Positions 11,945 to 24,659 of a stretch of 64,000 nt of DNA are shown here, one piece after another. The stretch spans positions 36,704,001 through 36,768,000 of the forward strand of contig NC_079166.1 of the NCBI RefSeq assembly GCF_947568905.1. Reading direction: 5' to 3'. The notes beneath the pieces are model-generated. The model was not told where the DNA came from. It worked only from the letters and a program-made list of their open reading frames with translations, and ran no database searches. The stretch comes from Ostrea edulis. Lineage: Eukaryota. Made by a program: the position numbers and the translations under genes. Numbering within the stretch: position 1 is the stretch's first letter; each line of letters begins with the position of its first letter.

Positions 11945-14900
11945 ATGCAGAATTTCATATATTCAATTTTTGTTTTACCTGGAATTGTTTATGGAAGGTA
12001 AAGAGTATGATGATAACAAATTGTATATTTTTTTTATATTATAGCAGGAATTGTCGTTCTGTTAAAACAAATGTTGTGACGCAGATTTCAGAACCTATTG
12101 TCTATTGTGAACAACTATACATTAATTGAAAGCGAAATGTATTTTTAAAACTGATGAACTTCTTTTCTTAAAGCTGTAAAAATGTTACAGAATTCCATTT
12201 AATGACTCATATTCCCGTTGTATTTTCCAGTTTCTTCCAGATTGATTATCCCAATGTGAATGTCTCTGCTGAACCCGGTGGAGACCTCACGTTCGAGGTT
12301 AGTATAGTCTCGTTCCAAAAGGGTATTTTCCTCTGCATGCTCTCTAGCCTTGTTCAATTAACTGATCTAACATGATCACAAAAATAGCTGTTAAAGCATT
12401 GAACATCCATGGATATCTAATTTGTTTTTGTATGTGAATTTATGTCAGTTGCGTTATATTGCTAACAGGCTGGTGTAGGTGGTGATGTTATTTTGAAACC
12501 AGGAGCTGGAGGCACCGTAATTATTGCAGGAACGGATCTCAGAAAATTTATAGAGGTGATTTTGTAAACAGTTCTGTCCATATTCTATAATTGATAGTTT
12601 TATGTAAGGCTTGCCTAAATAGATATATTAGCCACGACTTCGAATTTCAAACTTGTAATACAAAATCAAAATTTTCAGAAAGTGAAGAGTCTTCCGCCCA
12701 TATGGACGAAACAGTCGGTTCACGGGTCACTGGGAGCGTTTACTTCCGGTACAAAATTGGCCGTGTCGGTAGAAGCAATGGTAAATATGTTTTACATTTC
12801 TATATCTTCTTGGTGGTAGGTGACAGTTTCAGCCAGTTGAAGCACGCCTCTATAAAAAGCGCCATTTTAATATGTAAATGATGTTGAAATTCCCTCGGCC
12901 AAATTGTCAGACGGTGTTTTCTTGAATATATAGTACTATGAACGATTTCGATTCTTAAAGAGGTTCGCACCTGACATTTGAAGTAATGTCAATTTTTTTG
13001 GGAAGTGTATCTTTGATTTCTACATTGAAGAAGAATTAGGAAATTAAAAAGAAAAACTGGGGTCGCAATGCTTGTTATTGAGCTATAGTGATATAAATAT
13101 GACCTTATTGCACTTAAAACTTATTCAACTAAACTTGATTTTTCTGTTAGTGTCAACACAACATAAGCAACACAAATCAATCATTACATAAAATAGATAC
13201 ACAATCATGTCCTCTAACACTACAGATGAAAAAATAAATTAATACTAGTAAAGGAAATAAATAATGACCCTTTTGCACTTGATATACGCAAAACTTCATG
13301 ATATCAAAATTGAGAGTTTAAAAAGACATATTAGGAGTAATGTCAATTTCTAAAATTTTACATAATTTTCAAGGTCTGGTCTTCCAATTTAAAATGCAAC
13401 TAAAAAAAAGTGGGGGTTGGAGATCAAAGTTTTTGGCGAAAATACTGAATTTTTATACAAAATTTCGAATGAATTAATTAAAACTTTTTTAAGAATCGGT
13501 GTACTGTTTGGAAAAATATATCAACCAAGTTAATAAATTACAACATTTGAACTAGTTCCAAGTCTCAACTACCTGTATCATAAATTATAAAACTGAAATA
13601 CACATATAGGGATATAAAAATAGACGATACATTGGATTAAACAGAAACTGTAATATCGTGCAGAATTAGAACTTTTTGATTAGTGAATCCTTCGCCCCAA
13701 AATATAGTCCCTGTCAAACACTTTCAATTTGAATTGACACAAAAAAAAAATTCAGCTGGATAAGGTTCAGCAATAGATGTGTAATATATTTGCACCAATA
13801 GGATCAGTTTTGAACCAGTGAATACTTAGTTGTAGCATCCTGCGCAGTTGTATTCAAAAGCTCAGGAGCTAACTTCCTTAATCAAAAATGTCTCGAAATT
13901 GCGAGATTGGTAAAGAGCGGGTTTTGTTTTTTTATCAGCAAATGATGCAATGTTTTGGGGGGAAATGTATAATTTTCGTCGATTTCGTGGAATCTACATA
14001 CATGTACCTATGAGTTCAGGTTACGCCAAGTCAAACTGACTTGACTCAATTCCTTCTCTCCTCCCGGAGATTAGGGCTTCAACGTGCATCTTCCAATATG
14101 GAGAGTTGGGGTTTTGTTTTTACCACGAAGTGACATGATTGTTTATTGAAGCAAAAATGTGATAATTGAAAAAGAAAGTAAAAGTTGACTACTTTCAAAT
14201 CATTTTATTTTTTTCAAAATCATTTAATGTTTTCTATCAAAAATCATGTCTGGCATGATCTCTATTTATGTATACTCAAAAAGGGTTCATGCATTATAAC
14301 TTTGTTGAAGTATCTAGTAAAACTGTTTTATTTCTTTTTGACTTTGTTGAAGTATCTAGTAAAACTGTTCTATTTCTTTTTAACTTTGTTGAAATATCTA
14401 GTAAAACTGTTTTATTTCTTTTTGACTTTGTTGAAGTATCTAGTAAAACTGTTCTATTTCTTTTTAACTTTGTTGAAATATCTAGTAAAATCGTTTTATT
14501 TCTTTTTAACTTTGTTGAAGTATCTAGTAAAACTGTTCTATTTCTTTTTAACTTTGTTGAAATATCTAGTAAAATCGTTTTATTTCTTTTTAACTTTGTT
14601 GAAGTATCTAGTAAAACCGTTCTATTTCTTTTTAACGTTGTCCCTATTCTCCTCAAACAGATTATATAGAGCTAGTATCAGATATAGCCATGGGGTTGAT
14701 GTACATGTATTTATATTCTTTGCGACAAGAATGAATTTGGATATTCAATATTTCATAGTGATTAAAGATTTGAATTGCACATTGATCTATAGCAATGCAT
14801 ATGTCGGTTTGACTTTGGTGAAACCTTAACATCCTACATAAAATGCTAAAAGAATTAGAATATTCTCCATAAACACATTTTGACTATCTTCTCATCCACG

Positions 14901-16496
14901 AACCAGCTTTTCTTTCTCTCTCTCAAAGACCCCACGAAATTGTATGTCTGTATCGGTGAGGAAAACATACAAGATTCAGTGTTTTATCCACTACAGGACC
15001 CAGATGGTGGTAACATACAGTATAGGGTAATTTCCGGTCATCTACCACCCGGAACATCTCTGAACTCTTCCACTGGAGTCATCACCGGTACAGCCCCCGA
15101 TATAGACGCAACATATACATTCGGAATTCGCGCTACTGACCGCCATGGAAAATATGCTGATGGGACGTTCTCTATTGATATAAGAGGTTTCAAATGATTC
15201 TTAATATTTTACTTTACGTTTAAAACTAACCTTTTGTGGAATAACATTGAAACTTTTCAAACAATACAGAGCAATTTCGATGATTTCATACTCGCCTATT
15301 TAAATGCCTATATAACAACGCAAAATGTACCAACGACACAAAATGTAATAATTTTACGTTCTTACATTGTGCGTCGAGTTTAAGACAGAATGCAATTACA
15401 CAAAATGTGATATTAATTCTCTTTAATTTAATTAACAATATCAGGATCTTTATATATGACCGCAATTATTACATTTGATGTGTCATTATATTTTGTGTCG
15501 ATTTCAACGCAACATGTAATTAACACAATTTATTTTTATCTAATTTCTTTTTTAAATAATGAATACTATGTACAGAAATTAAGACAATTATATCGTAAAT
15601 TCAATAAGAGAACAATTATCTGATTCATTTAAAGCACGCATTAATTCAAACTTAAAGATATCATTAATTGATTATATTTTCCATTACTTGAGTTTATAAT
15701 ACATTGGTATATTTATAACATTTTGCGTTATTACATTCTGTACATTGAACTCGATGGAAAATGCAATAAGTCAAAAAGTAATATTGAGTTTATTATATTT
15801 TTCGTTATTACATTTTGCGTTGCTACATTCCTATTTATGTAGCACATGACGTGGATTGATTGATTGTATATTGTTTAACGTCCCTCTCGGGAATATTTCA
15901 CTCATATGGAGACGTACACATGACGTAGATAAACATATAGTAACGTATTATGTAGAACGAGATCAGTGTAGCAGCAACCCTTGTCAAAATGGCGGCACAT
16001 GTTCGGATGATTTTGGAAGGTACGACTGCGCATGCTCAACTGACTATGGAGGACAACACTGTGAGCTACGTATGTATTCACTTTATCTCTCAGCAAAATT
16101 GTCTGTATAATCTGTACAAGTATGATTACTGGAGACTCGCTTTCTTAACCAGGATGCGACTCAAACCCCTTTGGAGTTGACAACGCGAAAAAGACAATCC
16201 CAGACGCCCAAATGTCCGCACACTACACGTTTTCTAATCATTTTGCCTCCAATGGTCGATTGCATAGTCGTGACGGTTGGATCGGAGAGGCTTCCAACTC
16301 ATGGCTTCAGGTTTATGTCAAATTTGCTTAGATGTTTGCTTTAACTATGTACACCATTCCTAATTAGTCTAGTGTCAGTATCCTAAAGTTAGAATCAGTC
16401 TAGGTGGTAACTTGAATTTAAATGCAAAATAATCAATATATCAATTTTATTTTCAATTAATCGTCTTTATATGAAAGGTGAAGATAACGAACAGTG

Positions 16497-16548
<52 letters not shown>

Positions 16549-17081
16549 TATAACATGTAAAACAAATCTGTTATTTGTTTGGTGTAGGTTGACCTGGGAG
16601 AGACACGGGTTGTTCACTCAGTCGCTACACAGGGTTATCGGTCTTCCACCTACTACACACTGTCGTACAAACTTCAATATAGCACAGACGGAAACAACTT
16701 CCACGACGTCATCGGGAGTAACGGATCCCCAAAGGTACACTCACTCTGCATGTAAATTCAATTTACAGAGTCATCAACCTATGTGACTACAAATGCGAAA
16801 TGGTGTTAACGCTGCTGTTGTTTCACCTCAAGCTTTTAAAATTCGCCATGAGAATTGGCCTTGATAGTCTAAGGGTGTACTTCTGTCGCGTCGAGTTCAT
16901 CTGCAGTCGCGTTTCAGCGCTTTCATGTCTATTTTAGGAATTCTTTGGAAGCAGCGCTTACGACTCGGTGATTAAACACTACCTTCCCAACAGAATCAGT
17001 GCAAGGTTCATCCGGTTTGTTCCGCTAACATGGCACAATGGTGGGAAACCAGGTCTTCGTGTGGAAGTGTATGGATGTTGA
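11945..17081 (+). CDS. Paralog B: secreted cubilin-N-like / Ig-like / EGF / F5/8 type C protein, 353 aa
   Basis: Exons 11945-11997, 12231-12297, 12469-12555, 12679-12780, 14997-15186, 15956-16069, 16153-16310, 16588-16734, 16938-17081 total 1062 nt with an open frame. Translation: MQNFIYSIFVLPGIVYGS...AEPGGDLTFEAGVGGDVILKPGAGGTVIIAGTDLRKFIE...DPDGGNIQYRVISGHLPPGTSLNSSTGVITGT...QCSSNPCQNGGTC...PGLRVEVYGC*. Confidence 0.93.
12880..13900 (+). mobile_element. ~1-kb non-autonomous dispersed repeat; second copy inverted at about 43215-44150
   Basis: AAAAACTGGGGTCGCAATGCTTGTTATTGAGCTA (about 13034) and TACTTAGTTGTAGCATCCTGCGC..AAAAGCTCAGGAGCTAACTTCCTT (about 13823) recur as reverse complements near 43995-44045 and 43212-43265. 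Boundaries are approximate. Confidence 0.7.
14293..14637. repeat. 42-nt minisatellite, about 8 copies, in paralog B intron 4
   Basis: Unit AACTTTGTTGAAGTATCTAGTAAAACTGTTCTATTTCTTTTT. It accounts for ORFs 14185-14829, 14268-14669 and 14294-14656. Confidence 0.92.
15311..15827. mobile_element. MITE-like element with ~19-bp terminal inverted repeats
   Basis: Left TATAACAACGCAAAATGTA; right TACATTTTGCGTTGCTACA. Internal sub-repeats of the same motif. No clear TSD. Confidence 0.6.
15855..15914 (-). mobile_element. SINE-like family 3' tail fragment
   Basis: GATTGATTGATTG...AACGTCCCTCTCGGGAATATTTCACTCATATGGAGACGT matches the end of the full copies at 24593 and 25549. Confidence 0.7.
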
Positions 17082-17235
17082 CCAGAAACGCAATCCGAAC
17101 CTTACGTTCTCAATAGCTCCGCAGAAGGATATCTTTGGTTTTTTTTGGACTTTCCATTCCTCATAAAATCAATTGTAATTATCGTCATATCTTCATACGT
17201 ATCTTAAAACAGAGATAACATTTAATTTTATGCCA

Positions 17236-20200
17236 TTACTTTGCTTTTAGTTGCGGTAGACAAAAATTATAAAAGGAATGATCCATAAATGAGTCTAGTG
17301 GTCGCCAAGACACCATGCCGTCGTCACAGAGTTCTTGTAATGACGTCACATTCCCAAAGTAATGAGGATCCTGAAATATATATATACAAATCATAGCCAG
17401 TGCTGCGATAGAAATTTTGGTCAATTAGAATTCCTGTGTACAGAATTATAATGCAAAAAGACCCTCATTAAAAGAGAGAAGAAAGAATGGAGCCACGTGA
17501 ATCATGTGGAATTCATACAAATGGTCGGGCTGTATGGCTAACAAAATCAATGGAGATGCTATGATAGAAATTATTTGTTTAATTATCATTCCCTGAAATC
17601 AATTAAAATCATCTCCCATTCGAACACAAGAAACGAAGTACAAAATGTAGTTGGGAATATACAGTAGTCGTGGGATAGCTGGTGATTGTGTAGTGCCTAC
17701 ATGAAATGAGTCGGCATCGGATTCGACATCTTAAGCTTAATAATTATGCTCAGTTTTAATGATATGGTCCACTTATTTATACATGCACATGTTTGGCGTC
17801 ACAATCATGTTTAATTTCCGTTATATTTCAATGCATTCGTTTGAACTTTCATTTCGAAAAAGAATTATAAAATTTACATAATCTGACTTCCGTTACCAAT
17901 ATTCATGAAGCATTGAAAAAACAATCTCATACGCACAACAATAAGCAGAGATTTCTTTTCCAGCGACACCCCTACAATCCCCTTAGAGGCATTGTCCGTA
18001 TCGCCGCCTGTAAAAGAAAAGTGATCAAAATCAATATCTATATCATGCCATAAGTTCATATCAGAATTTTCACAATGCTAAATTTGGTGAAATGCATCAT
18101 AACAAAAATCTTTTGATTAATCTGGATCTTGCTCGTTCACGTAAAAAAAGTATTACCCATCATGATGACCGAGCCAATCTCCCGGAAGTGCTTTTGGAAG
18201 TCAGGTAGATATTCTATCAGTTTGTCTCCCGACGTCACGTGAATTAGTCTGCACGGAACCTATATAATTAAGAGAACCTCAATGATAAGCTTTAAAAACA
18301 ACACATAAAATACATGTCTCCTTTTTGTGGTATATAAACATTAACAGTTGGCGCTGACGCATGTGCGTCAATTCACGATTAGGGAAAATAGGAAACAGAG
18401 AAACTAAGAATGTAGCAATTGATGATTCCGAATTGCTCTAAATAGTCTGATCTACGATTTCGCTAAATTCTGAATACACTAATTCAAAATATATATTGTA
18501 ATTTGAACATGTGACTTTTTCATCTTTAAACGTTACCTCATAAAAATAGTCGATACATATACATATTTCAAAGCTGCCTATCCAGTTTTTGGAACCAGCA
18601 AACGATTTCGGTTTGTCGTTCATAGCAACTAGGGCGTCTTGAATCTGTGTTAATGAAGGAACCTCGCGCATGCTCTCCCCTCGTTGCCCTTTGATCCATG
18701 AACACATCGTCTGAAGTGTCCGATATCCACATCCCCATCCCTGTAATAAATATAAATTCTACATGTAACACAGTTTGCCGTTATGAAATTGACAATAAAC
18801 CCATTGACGCCAAAAAAAAAACCCACCGTGTTGCGTCAATGAATTTATTGTAGATTTTATACCTTGATGTCGTCTGCAATGTCTTTATCTCTCCTAAAGG
18901 ATTGTATTATGTACAAGTTTTAAAACAGACTTAACCGTAGTAAGATAAAAATGACCTCGTTGTCGGTCTTGGGTTATAGTTGGGGCTCGGGACATAATAT
19001 CTAAACTGGGGATTATTCTCCATAAGTCACTATTTCTTAATTCTCACAATACCAACCAAAAAAACCCTAGAGCCATGCATGCTCATTCTGGAAAGTCATA
19101 GGGCCTACAACACAGGAAAGTCATAGGGCCTACAACACAGGAAAGTCATAGGGCCTACAACACAGGAAAATCATAGGGCCTACATAAAAACGTGACGTTC
19201 CCTCACAATATGGACATTTCCAATGACCTTGACATTTAACATTTATACTCTTGGAACTCATTTTTATGAATTGTAACATACTTGGAGGATCGCAAAAAAT
19301 ACCAATAATTGTTGTACAAAAAGGAAGAAATCTTGGTTTTTCGCTAAAGTAACTTTCAATTTGACCTTAAAAACTGTAAAATATACATTCTAGACAATAA
19401 TCTAGTATTATGGGGCAAGTAAAAAATCATTCATACTTAGAAATATACTTCGAAACTAATTCAAATGGGGGGGGTGGTGGGTGGTTCTGGGTAAACACCC
19501 ACTGAAATTTCGGACCAAAATTACACCTGCAGCTGTGTATCCATCATTTCAATGTGTTTATTTTATTCTTAATTACGTGTATTTCAAAATTTATTATTAT
19601 TATTAGATAAACAAGTATTTTATATCATTGTTACGCTTTTGAATTTGCATCATTTTAAGTACATTCATTATAAAGATTCAACTGAGCTGTTTCTAACAAC
19701 TGCGACAGATAAGTGTTGAGTTTTGTAAGTGCAAACGGTTTTACACTTTTATTTCTTAGTTTGCAACTCGTCATAAATATTGATAAAAAAAATGTGAGGA
19801 AAAAATGTTTCAAACTTTTGTATTCAGGAATCAACATCCACAAACCAATGTTACAAGTAAAAGGCCAAGGTCATTTTGAACGTTGTGATTTCATCGCTCG
19901 TTCTTTTCACAAGCATTGAGATTTCTCGCTCGTAATTCGCATGAGGGACTTTTTAACCCTGGATGGATTTCTACGTAGGAGAAAATAACTATTATGACGA
20001 CTTTATACATGGGAAAATTTAAGGCACCTTTTCCCCGGGTTAATTAACTTGTGCCTGATTTTCTTGGTCTTCTTTTCTCGGAGGGAAATAATACGTAATA
20101 TTTGCATCACAATTGGTGTAGGGTGATAATAATCAAAACTATAAAAACATCCATTCGGTTGCACTGAAATCACATCTAAGAAAAGGGGTTATGTCATACT

Positions 20201-20326
20201 AAGAACAAGTACTTCTATACCAGCCTATTCAATTCAGAAATCTAGACTTTATCATATAGATATATTCAGTTGATTCTATTACATTTTGTAATATATATAT
20301 ACATATATATTCTATTACATTTTGTA

Positions 20327-20370
<44 letters not shown>

Positions 20371-20593
20371 TTCATTGTAGATATAAAATTTACGATATGA
20401 AAGTTTCCTTTAGTGTACCTCTCCCATCAACAAAAACAAAATGTACTAGCGCCTCACTTTCTAACAGCTTTCTTACCCTATCGTCCACCCCATCACAACC
20501 GTAGTGATAATAAAGGTAATCCCCGCGGACTGAGACAGCGTCCGTAGCAACGGGAAGTAACGATTTATGGACGTTCTCTCTCAACGTGTTCAT
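17236..20593 (-). CDS. UFSP1: UFM1-specific protease 1-like (peptidase C78), 209 aa, 5 exons
   Basis: Exons 20593-20477, 18740-18537, 18259-18157, 18007-17937, 17370-17236 total 630 nt. Motifs: [29 protein letters not shown] (catalytic Cys), WIGSFE, IMMGGDTD, IVDPHY (catalytic Asp/His), YNFCLP. There is no UFSP2-type N-terminal domain. ATTAAA lies about 10 nt after the stop. Confidence 0.92.
19090..19184. repeat. 25-nt tandem repeat, about 3.8 copies, in UFSP1 intron 1
   Basis: Unit GGAAAGTCATAGGGCCTACAACACA. Confidence 0.9.
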
Positions 20594-21197
20594 TATACGA
20601 CACCGCTCCTCAAGCCACAGATCGCACAAGCGCGGCACGGGAGATAACTCCAAATGAGTGCATGAAACGTCCACTGGGGAACTCGAAGGGGGATGAGATG
20701 CGTTATTAAGATTATCATTAATGCTCAATTTTGTCCTACATGGAAATAATCGATGAAAGCTATCAAAAAATACATTAAAAGAAACTGCAATTTTATTATA
20801 AAAGCTGAGTTTTTAATCTACGATAGATGAAGACGAAGAGGAAATTGATTTGTGGGGGAAAAATCTGCATTGATGAAACATTGATCAAAGATTACCCAAT
20901 ATCAGCAAGGTAAATTGATCCATTTAAGCCTTTCCTATACTCTATACTATATGAATCATTTTGGTTTAGCCCTGGATAAATGTTTTTAGAAGGAATAAAA
21001 GATGTCGAAATAAAATCTACCACTTAACGTCAAACACGTAATATCAATACATGTATATCCATGTGTTGGACACTCTACATGAATACTGCTATCTAGTGGG
21101 AAATGTTAGTAATTCTTTGATAAGGAGGCGACATCTAAATCGTGCGCAGAAAAAGTCACGCTCTAAATAGAGAGGTTTCTGTAACGGTAATATCGTA

Positions 21198-22871
21198 GTG
21201 TATATCAGATTGTTCCTAGAGAGCCACTGTTATACATCTAACTACCATCACGTGTACATCAGATTGTTCCTAGAGACCCACTGTTATACAAATAACTATC
21301 ATCACGTGTACATCAGATTGTTCCTAGAGACCCACTGTTATACAAATAACTATCATCACGTGTACATCAGATTGTTCCTAGAGAGCCACTGTTATATAGC
21401 TAACTACCATCACGTGTACATCAGATTGTTCCTAGAGAGCCACTGTTATACAAATAACTATCATCACGTGTACATCAGATTGTTCCTAGAGAGCCACTGT
21501 TATACAAATAACTATCATCACGTGTACATCAGATTGTTCCTAGAGAGCCACTGTTATACAAATAACTACCATCACGTGTACATCAGATTGTTCCTAGAGA
21601 GCCACTGTTATACATCTAACTACCATCACGTGTATATCAGATTGTTCCTAGAGAGCCACTGTTATATAGCTAACTACCATCACGTGTACATCAGATTGTT
21701 CCTAGAGAGCCACTGTTATACAAATAACTATCATCACGTGTACATCAGATTGTTCCTAGAGAGCCACTGTTATACATCTAACTACCATCACGTGTACATC
21801 AGATTGTTCCTAGAGAGTCACTGTTATACAAATAACTATCATCACGTGTATATCAGATTGTTCCTAGAGAGCCACTGTTATATAGCTAACTACCATCACG
21901 TGTATATCAGATTGTTCCTACATAGCCACTGTTATATAGATAACTACCATCACGTGTGTATCAGATTGTTCATTTAGAGCCACTGTTATACATCTAACTA
22001 CCATCACGTGTACATCAGATTGTTCCTACATAGCCACTGTTATACAAATAACTATCATCACGTGTACATCAGATTGTTCCTAGAGAGCCACTGTTATATA
22101 GCTAACTACCATCACGTGTACATCAGATTGTTCCTACATAGCCACTGTTATACAAATAACTACCATCACGTGTATATCAGATTGTTCCTAGAGAGCCACT
22201 GTTATACAAATAACTATCATCACGTGTATATCAGATTGTTCCTTTAGAGCCACTGTTATACAAATAACTATCATCACGTGTATATCAGATTGTTCCTAGA
22301 GAGCCACTGTTATATAGCTAACTACCATCACGTGTACATCAGATTGTTCCTAGAGAGCCACTGTTATATAGCTAACTACCATCACGTGTACATCAGATTG
22401 TTCCTAGAGAGCCACTGTTATACAAATAACTATCATCACGTGTACATCAGATTGTTCCTAGAGAGCCACTGTTATATAGCTAACTACCATCACGTGTACA
22501 TCAGATTGTTCCTACATAGCCACTGTTATACAAATAACTACCATCACGTGTATATCAGATTGTTCCTAGAGAGCCACTGTTATACAAATAACTATCATCA
22601 CGTGTATATCAGATTGTTCCTTTAGAGCCACTGTTATACAAATAACTATCATCACGTGTATATCAGATTGTTCCTAGAGAGCCACTGTTATATAGCTAAC
22701 TACCATCACGTGTACATCAGATTGTTCCTAGAGAGCCACTGTTATATAGCTAACTACCATCACGTGTACATCAGATTGTTCCTAGAGAGCCACTGTTATA
22801 CAAATAACTATCATCACGTGTACATCAGATTGTTCCTTTAGAGCCACTGTTATACAGATAACTACCATCAC
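21198..22871. repeat. 54-nt minisatellite, about 31 copies
   Basis: Unit TACATCAGATTGTTCCTAGAGAGCCACTGTTATACAAATAACTATCATCACGTG. It has a few recurring variants and no unique spacers. Confidence 0.97.
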
Positions 22872-24592
22872 CAGTTCTTATTGTATAATTCATAAATTAA
22901 ACTAATCATGATCAAGTTAAAATCCAATTCACCGGCAGTATTCAAAGAATAACATTTATTTACAAGATATATGTGTTACATATACCAAAAAAGGGTCCCA
23001 TGAGGCATACATGTGCACATGTGTGTAAACAATATGTACTTCAACAAGATAAAGGGAAAATATTTTCATATCGAATAGCTTGAATTGTAATTGCACATGT
23101 ATATATCTTTTCTCTGTATGTCAAATATTAACTGCTTATTACATGCAATCTGTTGCTTTTAATCAGTAATATTGTTGGTATGTTATTGTACGGCTCATGC
23201 GAGAATTTCTACACTACAGTGGACAAGGCACCAACTTCAGACTTATGCACGAGCTAACGGTCATAACAAGGAGGGAGGGTTCTTAACCGTGTCAACGATT
23301 ACCGTGAAACAGGACCTGCGCTGTATAGGATCCGAAAGACCCATTGATTTACTTATGCATAGCCCACATACATGTACATACATACACATGTACACACGTA
23401 CAAACGATTATACACACACACACATATATAACATGTACAGACATACATAAATGCATGCAATGCATTGGATACATACATATATAATTGCATACATACATAT
23501 ATACATACATACATATGTATTACACTTGTTTTCGTATTCATAAACTATATATTAGTTTCTCTTCTGGTGTTAAAAGTGGAGAACTGCAGCACGAATCTGC
23601 CAAAGCTTTTAGGATGAGTAAACGTTCAGGGTTGCATCTGAGGCAATGAAACAGATTTCATTTCCGATATCCCGTGTGTTGTATTGTAAGCATGTTCTGA
23701 TTGAAACTAGTAATTAAGCATTGCTTTAACAATTGGACAGCTACCATATTTAATTATTTTTTCTGTGAGACCCAAGGACTGATTTGAAGGACTGAACATG
23801 TAATGTTTGACATCTTTTAATGCTACTACAAAATTCTGTCCAAATCAACATTTTTTCATTTCTGAATTTGGAAGCAAAGGAGCAATGGTTAATAGTGTAC
23901 ATTATAAGCACGTGGTATCGTCGGTTTTCAAAGGGGGGGGGGGTAGCCGAAAATAATTTTCGACAAGCAAAATAAAAAGGCTTTAAAAAAAGCAAACAAA
24001 TAATTGTAGATGTATATACATGTATAAGCTTCCATAATGATGAACTAATTGTTAAAAGTTTATACTTTATACAGAATCAACATAAAATCCAATAGTAGGT
24101 ACTGGTAAATACTATCATTTCTTTCTGCATTTCAGAACAGGGGTTTGAACATGCAATGTTTTTTTTTTTATACATTTCGGACAACATGCGGAAGAGAATG
24201 AGTTATTAAAATACTGAAATATATTTTTCCATTATTTCGTTCAGAAATGTAAATTTTTCAAAACTATTTCTGCCAGCTTCATCTTTATTTTTGTCGGATT
24301 GATTTTAACACACCCATCATTACAGTATTTGTCTAATATATTAAGTTTGTGATAGTAATCCCTACCGTACGTTTGAGAATAAAACCTAGGCACCATGATG
24401 CACAAAGCAGTGAATAATAGGATTATTGAGCTTGATTAAATTAAGGGATTTATCTAAATATTTTGGTACATATATGCAAGTCATTTACAAATATCTTGAA
24501 ATTCATCTTATGCAGCGGAAGTCAGTAATTTTGTTCTTGATTTTCACACACGATATACTGTTTTGATACATATTTTAAATTATGCTATTTAA

Positions 24593-24628
24593 GATTGATT
24601 GATTGAATATTGTTTTACGTCCCTCTGA

Positions 24629-24659
<31 letters not shown>

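Noticed and set aside
14185-14829. Three overlapping repeat ORFs
   Set aside because: They come from a 42-nt minisatellite in paralog B intron 4. The gene model is complete without them.
21198-22841. His/Cys/Tyr-rich repeat ORFs (YIRLFLESHCYTNNYHHV)n as a metal-binding protein
   Set aside because: They are a by-product of a 54-nt unit. Starts are GTG, variant units introduce TAG stops, and there is no splice or signal context.
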